Assembly: GCF_964204865.1 (NCBI RefSeq)
Contig: NC_135263.1
Coordinates: forward strand, 14,322,001-14,386,000
DNA length: 64,000 nt
Reading direction: 5' to 3'
Source of the DNA: Styela clava
Lineage: Eukaryota
Of the stretch, positions 26,725 through 37,972 are shown in pieces. Position numbers and translations under genes: made by a program. The notes under the pieces were generated by a model, which ran no database searches, was not told where the DNA came from, and worked only from the letters and a program-made list of their open reading frames with translations. The first letter of the stretch is position 1; every line of letters starts with the position of its first letter.

Positions 26725-27182
26725 ATATATATTTCATCTTATCGTATTATATCTTTTATGTCCGCACTTAAAATTTCCCAATTAATTGCTTTTACTTTTA
26801 TTTTTACGCTTCTTTCTTTCTTTTCATATTTTGGATAAAAAAATATATGGTTTTCATACTATAAACACATTGTATTTTTAATTGAATATAACGGACATTA
26901 TCTATCTCTGGGGCGAAAGACAAAATAAGCTACAGAAATGAAGAGTTGACCAGTCTGAATGCCTGAAATTCGATTTTCGAGGAAATCTTGAGTAAGCGGA
27001 ATTTATGTCAACCATTCGAACGGCTACAATTTTTTTCACTTAATTGTCTCTTGTGAGATTCGAACCTGTGGAAGAATTGGTATACAGTAATGGCGAGTAA
27101 TTGAATATTCGTTGGAAAGAATAGCGGGTGGAGTGCTCAGATTTCAAAAATTAAATTCGAACGGGATATGTTTGTTTTCTTA

Positions 27183-27253
27183 GCACCAACTGTTAATAAA
27201 CCGCTTGTACCGAAGCCGTCTGCAAAGAATGAGTTGTCAAAAAAACCTAGCAA
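27183..27253 (+). pseudogene. Orphan ~70-bp fragment of exon 3 of the array gene
   Basis: ccaactgttaataaaccgcttgtaccgaagccgtctgcaaagaatgagttgtcaaaaaaacctagcaaa translates as PTVNKPLVPKPSAKNELSKKPSK, in the opposite orientation to the adjacent minus gene. Confidence 0.85.
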
Positions 27254-27643
27254 ATTATTGAGTCTCCTGTTTAGGTGAATGTTTTAACAAACACAATACT
27301 ATTACGAAATAACCAGTTTTTTAAAATAGTCAAAAGCTCTATTCAGGATTGCATAAACCCCATGACATCTACACAGCAAGCATTGCTATTTTGATTGGAA
27401 TCTATGACAAAATACCCAATAAGAAACTCTACAGACGAATAAAATAACAATTAATAATTTGTATTGATATTTATCACAAAATATGATTAATACCGCAAGT
27501 GAAATCTTGCTCTATATTCACACATATTGAGATCATTTTTGATCATTTCAAAAAACACTATACAAAATATCAAAATAACCATAATTCATGAAATAAATAA
27601 AAGAAACAAGTAATTGCGTTGTTACAATTCTGCTGCGTGCAAA

Positions 27644-28819
27644 TCAAGCACATGGATCATTTTTCACAACGTTGGAGTTAAATCCAATTTGATCCATCAT
27701 AAAAGAAAGGCGAGAAAAGAATCCAAAAGAAAATGAAGGTTTTGTTGTTTTCTTAACACAAGGCTTCTTCGTTGGCTTCACGTGAGAAGCAGTTGGTTTC
27801 TGGTCCGTTGATATTTCTTTGCTAGGCTTCGTTGACAACTCATTCTTTGCAGACGACTTCGGTACAAGCGGTTTATTAACACTAGGTCTATGACGATTTT
27901 TGTTTGATTCTTTCTTGTTATAAGATTTCGTAGTCGGTTTTTTCGAGACGGACTTTTTATTTTGAATTTTCTCATGCTTTTTCTGTTCTACTGATGACTT
28001 CAATTTTTTGATGACGTTATTTTTTGTTGGGTTCTTGCTAGTAATTTTTTTCGTGGATGACTCAGTTGGCGAAGAGTCTGATAAACAATTTTCGAGCGGT
28101 CGTGCTTGTTTCTGAATTTTCTTTTTCGATGAAACTATTTTTGATAATTTATATTCTTCTGGAATGATACCTTGTGAGGTTCCGGCTAAAATATATAAAA
28201 AATACAATATAAGTGAATAAATAAACATACGAAGCCTATTATTGCACTCAAACAATAAAAGCAGACAAACTATTTCATTGTTTAACTAGCGAAAATTAAT
28301 AAGCACAAAAAAAATAAATAAAACAAACCTCCTTTAACTATGCAAGAACATTTATAGATACAACAGTGAGAGTACGCTTTGTTTCCACAATCTTTTGGAT
28401 CGACGAGTTTCTTGTTACGGAAATCATAGCAAGGAATCGTTTTTCTTTCAAATCCTTTTACTGTATACAGAAATACCAAATGTTATAAATAGCAATACCT
28501 ATTACAAAAAAATCTTCTGATTGTTCGTCAAAGCAAAGCAAGAAAGACGAAGGTATTATGAGATAATATTATATAAAATTAAATAAAAATGCTTTTTATA
28601 ATTTTATACGAATTTTCAATATTTTGAATTGATACAAGAAAGGAATATGTGCTGGCATCGTAATAAAATCTAAAATATATATCAGATAAGATGCAATAAA
28701 ATCTTGAACTTACCAGGAGCGCATTGTGTTTTGCTGATTTTATATCTGAGCTGAAAAGGGGTCAGTGATGCTGAAATATCGCAAATCCCGACGACCACGA
28801 CAAACAGTAATAATTTCAT
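27644..28819 (-). CDS. Secreted Cys-head / Lys-rich-stalk protein, minus paralogue, unit 1 (259 aa). Exons 28819-28714, 28460-28329, 28185-27644
   Basis: Signal peptide MKLLLFVVVVGICDISAS; two phase-1 GT-AG introns; 106+132+542 = 780 nt open frame; ends NDPCA. Confidence 0.9.
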
Positions 28820-29026
28820 TTTGTTAGAAAGTAATTCTGCAAAAATATAACAGGTTTTATTTTACTCTTATGATTAACCAACTTTGAGATGGAAATAGTA
28901 GTTGAAACTGTACAATATTCATTTGTATCATGACTAGAGCAAGCACTTGAATATTTCAGTAACTCTGAACATACTTGTTCGAAATACAATAATCGAATCT
29001 ATGTTGCGACAAGAAATTGTTTGTAG

Positions 29027-29167
29027 CTTTTATAGTTTCAGATTGACATTTGTGTTTATTGCCTTGAGCAACGATTGCCCTACATTACTATGTAAATTTG
29101 CATGCTTGTTACGTTTCTTAGCCACAAATCGTAATTTCATTTACTTTGGTAGCGTCACAGTGACGCA
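29027..29167 (-). promoter_or_regulatory. Candidate promoter of the minus gene: TATAAAAG plus palindrome GCGTCA-cag-TGACGC (repeated in every unit)
   Basis: TATA-like box ~210 bp upstream of the ATG, conserved at the equivalent position in the opposite arm; perfect palindrome at 29152-29166. Confidence 0.5.
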
Positions 29168-31605
29168 TTTTCTGTAAACCTAAACAAAGTGCTCTTGAAC
29201 ACATACTATTAGTAGACTCAAAGAATCCGTAGACTTGAATATTGCTATCGCCGCGATAAATACGTCATATTGAGTTTAAAAATAGTACAAGATTAAATCG
29301 TTGGATTAAGCTTTTCATGTAAAAATCAGGCTGTAATGGATTAACAAAGATGAAATGAGTCATGAAATTTTGTAAAAGTTTCAAATAACGTCAAGGAGAC
29401 TTTATTTGCTAGTATTTTTCTGTCTTTAATCAAATGTAATAAAATAAATTGTCATTAGTTAATGACATCATGCGATATAGCACGACATGGAATATCATTT
29501 AAATTAGGATTAGACGTTTGACGGTCGGGATCAAACAAAACCTAAAAATTCATTTAATTGAGCACTAGTTTCTCTGCATAATAAATCATATGAATATAAA
29601 CCGCTTTATAGTTATATTAAAGTTACATTGTTTATTATTCAAAAAAATCGATTATGGATTAGTAGATGGATTATCCTGGTTCTATGTCGTAATTTTTCTA
29701 AATTGATCCACAGTTTTTGTTTTAAAGTTGCAGTTTAACAATTATATAAAATTTAAAGATCTATTCTAACCGAGATATTAAAAATATATAGAAGTTTAAA
29801 TTTTTTATATTCAGCATTTCAACCGAGTATATTTAATAAAATAATTATTGCAGAATTTGTTAGATTCTTGTAAATCAAATTCCAAAAAAATGGTTTCCCA
29901 TAAACAAAATGTTTATCAGACTCAAAAGTGAATGTAATTAAAGCTTCGCAGCATTAATAAAATCTAAACTAATATTTCAGCAAAATATGAAACTTTCATT
30001 TGTGAGTTTCATTGTGAGAATACACAATATATTTATTCATACAATTAAAATATAAAACAACAATTTAAAGAAAAAATACAGAAAACTGAAAGGTGGAAAT
30101 AGGCTGAATTCACTACTGTCATGAATATTAAAGTTAAACACGTATATGCATAAGCCCAACACATTCTCTGCGAAAGCTTGATAAAAATTACGCATTTTTA
30201 TGACAAAGTGATCAGTATAACTACAACGTAAGTTACTTCTATTTTAAACAATTTATACCGCGGTTATTAAGCGATTAAGCGTTATGTTTCAATATATCCA
30301 TAGTTTAAATAGAAAATGAAAAAGTAATTGATTTAAAATATAATTCATCATTTGTATGATTATAATATTTATTACGTCAAGAAGTCTTACTTTTCGTGTT
30401 CGAATTTTGTTTGCAATTTGCTTCAAAAATGCGTCGGTCAAAAATCAATTTGTGGGCAATAAATCTGCTTACGATAAATGCGACAAATGTCATTCTATCA
30501 CCTTGGATTAAATAAAGTAATTATATGTGTGAACTTCACATATATAATTATTGCACATGTGTAAATGTAATCGAATATGTGAATTTATATTTATCCTGAG
30601 CCATAAGTTCAACACAGTACATTTCTGCCTATTTCCGAAATTCATTTTTCTTTTTCTTTTTCCCCAACATTATTCTTTTATATTTTAATTGTATAAATAT
30701 ATTGTGTATTATTGGAAAGTCACAAATAAAAGTACCATGTTTTGCTATGATATTAGTTTTAAATTTTAGTGATGCTGTAAAGCTTTAATGACATTTACTT
30801 TCAGGTGTGATACACATTTATTTATGGAGAATCATAGTTAAAGCGGTATATCTTTATAAGAATATTCTTACAAAGACTAGTGCCGAATTAGTTTCATCCC
30901 GACCGTCAAACCTGTAAACCTCTTTAAAATTATTATACCTAATTGCACTAAAATGCATGATGTCAATAACTTACTAATGATAAAAAAATATGCTAATCAC
31001 AATTGAATTGAGAAAGTAAAACGCATTTAAGTAAAGTCTTCCCGGCGTTATTTGGGTATTTTACAAAAATCCTAATCTCATTCTATCTCTATGTTTCGTT
31101 AAACATAAATGTTAATCCATAACACCCCAGACATTACCATCCACTATAGCTTAATTTTTACCTAAAAAGATTAATCCAATTCAAGACAATGTAGTTATGG
31201 GGAACGTCTGTACCCAAATATGAAATAACCATTCTAAATAGTGTGATCAAGTCAAAATATTTCTGACTAATCCAACTTGCAAAAATAATCTTTCCACTTA
31301 TCTACAGAGAGACTCCAAAATAGAGAACTTATAAATTTTATGATTACTTGTTAATTTTCTTATCAACCGACCTTCTGTTTTAGTAAGATTGTACCCAAAA
31401 GTTTCACGTTGTGCATGAAAGTTATGTTCTCTTTGGAACATGTTCCAAATGGCCATTTTGGCGTTGAAGACACACTTGCATACGTTGCAGCCTTGAGTTT
31501 ACCAGTCGAATAATGATTGCCTTGACCAACTATTGTTTTACAATTCAAATTATGTTTGCATTTCACCAATAGTTTTAAACACAATTTGTAATTGTATTAA
31601 CATCA

Positions 31606-31773
31606 GTTGCGTCATAATGACGTATTTTCAGTAATCACAAACACACCACATACAAATAAATATCATTAATTAATGCTCCTAAAGAAACACCACACTCGGT
31701 GGCGTCATGGTGACGTATTTTCAATAATCCCAAACAAATCACACTCAAATAAATATCATTAAATAATGCTCTC
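31606..31773. repeat. 93-bp-period tandem duplicate in the centre of the divergent spacer; each copy carries GCGTCA-N3-TGACGT
   Basis: gcgtcataatgacgtattttca..aatc...aaataaatatcatt..taatgctc occurs twice (31609 and 31702). Confidence 0.85.
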
Positions 31774-33404
31774 AAATAATCGACAGACTTGTCTATTGCT
31801 ATTGTCGGGATTAAACGTCATAGCGAGTTTAAAAATAGATCTGAATAAATCCGATAGACTAAGTTTTTTACGTAGAAACTACGCGACAACACAGATAAAA
31901 TGTGACATGAAAATACATTGCAAAACTTTTGGATTTAGTCCATCATTTTATCCTTCTTTGACAATGAATGATTGTTAGATTAACTTTAAAAAAATATTGT
32001 TGAGGTGATAATGATATGTTTAATATGTATTGCCTATTAAGGGACCTATATTTTTTCTTGTATAAAAGAATTATTTTTATAAAGTTTATTTCAATTAGGT
32101 AGCAAATCAGAAATTAAGCTTTTTTGTGATAAAAAAAAATTCTGACAAATTTATTCATATACCTAAATTTAATTATTACACAATAGCGCATGAGATCCTT
32201 TTTTTTATAAACATATTATAACAGAAATCTACTGTGTAGAACGTATGGCTCAGGATAAATATAAATTCTCATATTCGATTACATTTACACACGTGCAATA
32301 AATATATAGGTGTATAAGTTCACACGTATAAATACAGTTTTAATCCAAGACGATAGAATGACATTTGTCGTATTTATTGTTAAACAGATTTATTGCCCAC
32401 AGATTGATGACGCATTTTTGAAGCAAATTGCAAATAAAGTTCGAACACGAAAATTACGAATTTTTGACGTCATAAATATTATAATTATACAAATATTGCA
32501 TTATATTTTATTAAATTATCCTTTTTTTCAGTTTTTATTAAAACCATTTATTTACTGAAAGTTATAACTGCGTCATAAATTGTTTAAAAATAGAAGTTAC
32601 TCCTAATGTACTTATCACATTGTCATAAACATTCGTGGTTTTTACTAATGTGCAGGACTAATGCATCAACATGCATCAGATGTTGATGTTCAATTTTGGT
32701 TTAATATTTATGATATTGGTGATTTCAGCCTATTTCCACATTTCCTGTATTTTTTCCTAAGGTTGCTTTTTTGTATTTTAGTTGTATAGATATTTGGGAT
32801 TTCTGGAAATTCAGAACAATCTTAGTTTTAGATTTTGATGATGTGGTAAAGCTTTAATGACATTCTAATATCTCGATGTAAATTCTTCATAAATTCATAC
32901 ATTTTAAAACTGCAACTCTAAAATATAAAATTGTGGATGAACAAGAGTATCTTTTAATGGATACAGGTATATCAATTCCTAATATTCTGAATTAATTTAT
33001 TTTAAATAATAAACAATGTAACTTTGGGTATAACTATAAATTTGTATATGATAATAAAATTCGTTATAATGCATTTAAAAGGCATGATGTCATTAACTTA
33101 CTAATGATAAACACTATGTTAATCACGATTGAATAAAGACAGAAAAATACTACCTAATAAAGTCTTCTTGACGTTATTAGGGAATTTTACTAAAATTCAT
33201 GTCACATTTTATGTTTTTACATCTTTGTTAATCCATTGCAACCTGATTTTCACGTGAGAAGCTCAATCTAACTTTTTAATCTTGTTCTATTTTTAAACTC
33301 ACTATGACGTTTTAATCGTGACAATAGCAATAATTAAATCTACGGATTCTTTGAGTCTACTAGTAGTATTTATTCAAGAGGTCTTCGTTTGGGTTTACAG
33401 AAAA

Positions 33405-33553
33405 TGCGTCACTATGACGATACCAAGGTAAATGAAATTACGATTAGTGGCTAGGAAACGTTACAAGAGTGCAAATTTACAAAGTAATATGGGGCAATTG
33501 TTGCCCGAGGCCAGAAACACAAATGTCAATCTGAAACTTTGCATCTATAAAAG
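33405..33553 (+). promoter_or_regulatory. Candidate promoter of the plus gene: GCGTCA-cta-TGACGA plus TATAAAAG (repeated in every unit)
   Basis: Mirror image of the minus-gene upstream region; TATA-like box at 33546-33553. Confidence 0.5.
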
Positions 33554-33775
33554 CTACAAACATTTTCTTGTTACAACATAATTCGATTATTGTATTTCGA
33601 AAAAATATGTTCAGAGCGACTGAAATATCTAAGTGCTTGTACTAGCCGTAAATGATAAATTGCACAAATGGGTATTTATAAAGTATTATTCCAATTCTAT
33701 TTCAACCTTAAATTTGGTTAATCACAGCATCAAAATAAAATCTAGTTTATTTTTGCAGAATTACTTTCTAACAAA

Positions 33776-35011
33776 ATGAAATTATTATTCTTTGTCGTGG
33801 TCGTCGGGATTTGCGATATTGCAGCATCATTGACCCCTTTTCAGCTCAGATATAAAATCAGCAAAACACAATGTGCTCCAGGTAGGTTCAAGATTTTATT
33901 GTCTCATATCTGATATATGTTTTAGACTATATAAAGATTCCAGCACATATCCTATTCTTTAATTCCCTAAAAAAAAATGCGTTCAAAATTACAAATAGCA
34001 TTTTTATTTAATTTCATTTAATATTATCTTACAATATCACAATGTTTTTTGCTTTGCTTTAACGAATAATCAAGAGAATTCTCGGAAATAGTTATTGTTA
34101 TTTATAACATATGGTATTTCTGTATACAGTTAGAGGATTTGAAAGAAAAACGATTCCTTGCTATGATTTCCGTAACAAGAAACTCGTCGATCCAAAAGAT
34201 TGTGGAAACAAAGCGTACTCTCACTGTTGTATTTATAAATGTTCTTGCATAGTTAAAGGAGGTTTGTTTTATTTTTTTTGTGTTTATTAATTTTCGCTTT
34301 TCAAACAATTAAATAGTTTGCCTGGTTTTATTGTAGCCAAAACACAAGAAAATTCCTCAGTTGGTTTATCAGGACATTTTTGAAATTTTATAGGCACAAC
34401 ACTTGTGATACGTTTGAGTGCGATAATACTCTTTGTAACTTTTACTTATTCACTTTTATTTTTTTTTAGCCGGAACCTCACTAGGTATCATTCCAGAAGA
34501 ATATAAATTATCAAAAATAGTTTCATCAAAAAAGAATGTTCAGAAACAAGCAAGACTGCTAGAAAATTGTTTACCAGACGCTTCAACAAGCGAGTCATAT
34601 CCGAAAAAGATAACCAGCAAGAATCCAACAGAAAATATTGTCATCAAAAAATTAAAGTCATCAGTAGAACAGAAAAAGCATGAGAAAATGCAAAATAAAA
34701 AGACTGTCGGTAAAAAGCCGAAAACGAAGTCTGTTAATAAAAAAGAATTAAACAAAAATCGTCAAAGACCAAGTGTTAATGAACCGCTTGTACCGAAGTC
34801 GTCTGCAAATAATAAGATTTCAAAGAAGACCGACAAAGGAAAATCAACAAACCAGAAACCAACTTTTTCTCACGTGAAGCCAACGAAAAAACCATGTGTT
34901 ACGAAAACAACAAAACCTTCATTTTCTTTTGGATTCTTTTCTCGACTTTCTTTTATGATGGATCAATTTGGTTTTAACTCCAACGTTGTGAAAAATGATT
35001 CCTGTTCTTGA
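33776..35011 (+). CDS. Secreted Cys-head / Lys-rich-stalk protein, plus paralogue, unit 1 (259 aa, intact). Exons 33776-33881, 34130-34261, 34470-35011
   Basis: MKLLFFVVVVGICDIAASLTPFQLRYKISKTQCAP|VRGFERKTIPCYDFRNKKLVDPKDCGNKAYSHCCIYKCSCIVKG|AGTSLGIIPEEYK...NDSCS; exon sizes identical to the minus copy. Confidence 0.9.
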
Positions 35012-35629
35012 TTAGCATGCAGCAGAATTTAAATTTTTTTTATAATATTAAATTATTACAACAACAATTACCCTTAAACTTATTTTCACGCTTCTCTGCA
35101 TTTTTTTTTGTCTTTTGGATAAAAATATAGTGCTTTTATACTATAACCACTTTCTATTGGATATGTCGGGGTTCATCATCAATCACTGCGGGCTAGATAA
35201 AAATCAATATTCAGAAGAGAATAGTTGACCGGTCTGAATGCATGAAATTCGATGGTCAAAAAATAAGCGGAAGTTATGTGAGCCATTCTGCGGCGACAAT
35301 TTTTTTCACATAATTGTCTCTTGTGGAATTCGAATCTCAATAAGCAATATTGATACGATTGCGAGTAAATGAATAGTCTGATGACTCTCCGGAAATCTTG
35401 AATATTGCTGAACAAATAGTGTTGCAGTTTCTGGTTTCGAAATAAAACCCACCGGTTCTTGCTATAATTTCAGAAGCAAGAAAATCGTTGATTTAAAAAC
35501 AGAACAAAGAAAGCGTACTTTTGTAGTTGAAAACCCGCAGTTTGCATCTGCAAAGCCTTGTGTTAAAATCGGCAAAATGGACTCTCGTAGATCAGTTTGA
35601 TTACCACTCTCAAGTAATTTGAAGGATAA

Positions 35630-35932
35630 TTACTTATGGATTTTAATCGGTAAGTATGTTGATAGGTATTTGTCTGTCTTTAAGTCTGTCTGTCTGTTAG
35701 ATGCACGCGATATCTCACGAAAACGAGATTGAATCTGCTCCAGATTTTGCATGTGCATTCGTCATATTTCGGACCAGGAGTCTATTGATTTTGGGCGAAA
35801 TATGTCGTATAATTAGCGAGTTATTAATTAATTAGTGATGGGACACAAGGTCACTATGGAATAAGAGCGCTGTTTTGGGGATCCCCCAACTTTCGATCGA
35901 TAAGTCTTCGGTCTCTGACCGATATTTTCGTT
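35630..35932 (+). mobile_element. HINE/DINE-1-like non-autonomous Helentron element, amplified with the array (also ~44782-45083, ~53933-54234, ~63116-63417)
   Basis: 5' imperfect palindrome tacttatggat...atcggtaagta, (GTCT)n microsatellite followed by gttag..gatatctc, related subterminal atcgataagtc, and 3' hairpin cggtc-tct-gaccg. Confidence 0.6.
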
Positions 35933-36827
35933 ATAGTAGTTATTGCCTCTTGCGTCTATGCTTTTGAATAAGCATTAAACACGTGATTTTCACGTTCTTT
36001 TGGCGACAGTGATGGTTTCAAAAATCGGGAATCGTTGAGAATTGACTTCACATTGTACAATATAATTCTGATCAAACCATTATTGAAACTACTTTCTATA
36101 TCTTGATAACAAAATGTTTCCAAAACTGTGGTATTTAATTGGGACTGTTTCATATCTGAAATAAATTTTAGTTAATAAAAATTTGAACCTTTAGTTCATT
36201 GTTTAATTGTCTAATACTAACATTTAAATTAACAAATTTAGCGGGTAAATTAGTAGTAATTCTAACAACAACTTTCTACGTTTACCACCTTATTCAATAC
36301 GAAAAACACATTGAAAATCACAGAGTCTAAAATACCAAGATTAGTCTAACTACCAACAATCTATGCATTTTTTCGGGTAGCCTACAAAACATTCCCACCT
36401 TGATTTCAAATATTCATTCAGACTCAGGCTAATAATTAAATTATTGAGTCTTATTTCCTGATTTAATATTTTAACCATACACCAGACGACGTAAAACAAA
36501 ATAACCAATTTTGGAATGTTCTAAAGCTCTATTCTGAATTGTATAAACACCATGACATCTACACAGTATTGCTATTTTGATTAAAATCTAAGACAAAATA
36601 TCCAATAAAAAAAGCTGGAAATGATTAAAATCACAAAAAATAATTTCTATTAATATTTATTATATTGATTGCCGCAAGTGTTTATTGTTCTATAATCACG
36701 CATATGGAGAGCATTGTTGATCAATTCAAAAAACACTATTTAAAATATCAAAATAACAATTATATTTAAAATAAAAAATAAATAAAACAACAAATAATTG
36801 CGTCGTTATAATTCTGTTTCGTGCAAA

Positions 36828-37972
36828 TCAGGCACAGGCCTCATTTTTCACAACGTTGGAGTTAAACCCAAATTTATCCATCATAAAAGAAAGTCGAGAA
36901 AAGAATCCAAAAGAAAATGAAGGTTTTGTTGTTTTCGTAACACAAGGCTTCTCTGTTGGATTTACGTGAGGAGCTGTTGGTTTCTGGTTCGTTGATATTT
37001 CTTTGCTAGGTTTCTTTGAAAACTCATTCTTTGCAGACGACTTCGGTACAAGCGGGTTATTAACAATTGGTCTTTGACGACTTTTGTTTGATTCTTTCTT
37101 GTCAAAAGACTTCGTAGTCGTTTTTTTAGAGACTGTCCTCTTATTTTGCATTTTCTCATGCTTTTTCTGTTCTACTGATGACTTCAATTTTTTGATGACG
37201 TTATTTTTTGTTGGGTTCTTGCTAGTAATTTTTTTCGTGGATGACTCACTTGGCGAAGTGTCTGGAAAACAATTTTCGAGCAGTCGTGCTTGTTTCTGAA
37301 TTTTCTTTTTCGATGAAACTATTTTTGATAATTTGTATTCTTCTGGAATGATACCTTGTGAGGTTCCGGCTAAAATATTTAAAAAATACAATATAAGTGA
37401 ATAAATAAACATACGAAGCCTATTATTGCACTCAAACAATAAAAGCAGACAAACTATTTCATTGTTTAACAAGCGAAAATTAATAAACACAAAGAAAAAT
37501 AAAACAAACCTCCTTTAACTATGCAAGAACATTTATAGATACAACAGTGAGAGTACGCTTTGTTTCCACAATCTTTTGGATCGACGAGTTTCTTGTTACG
37601 GAAATCATAGCAAGGAATCGTTTTTCTTTCAAATCCTTTTACTGTATACAGAAATACCAAATGTTATAAATAGCAATACCTATTACAAAAAAATCTTCTG
37701 ATTATTTGTTGAAACAAAGCAAGAAAGACGAAGGTATTATAAGATAATATTATATGAAATTGAATAAAAATGCTTTTTATAATTTATATACGAATAATAC
37801 ACGAATTTTTAATATTTTGAATTGATACGAGAATGAAATATGTGCTGGCATCGTTATTGAACTTACCTGGAGCACATTGTGTTTTGCTGATTTTATATCT
37901 GAGCTGAAAAGGGGTGAGTGATGCAGCAATATTGCAAATCCCAATGACAACGACAAAAAGTAATAATTTCAT
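36828..37972 (-). CDS. Array gene, minus paralogue, unit 2 (259 aa). Exons 37972-37867, 37641-37510, 37369-36828
   Basis: Same structure; signal peptide MKLLLFVVVIGICNIAAS; ends NEACA; intron 1 is 225 nt versus 253 nt in units 1 and 4. Confidence 0.9.

Noticed and set aside
31606-31773. CRISPR-like repeat-spacer pattern
   Set aside because: Only two long diverged copies, eukaryotic context and no cas genes.
28947-32558. Short spacer ORFs (76, 73, 70 and 82 aa) repeated in every unit
   Set aside because: Mostly non-ATG starts with no protein-like features; they are not preserved as frames in the opposite palindrome arm and recur only because the unit is duplicated.
34470-35011. Histone H1, protamine or vanabin identity for the Lys-rich protein
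   Set aside because: It has a signal peptide and no H1 globular domain, and it lacks the regular repeated C-x(2-4)-C array of vanabins. The similarity is compositional only.
36828-37490. 220-aa and 203-aa single-exon ORFs with hydrophobic N-termini as the real proteins
   Set aside because: Their N-termini are translated intron 2. The true start is two exons upstream, supported by conserved splice sites in both paralogues.
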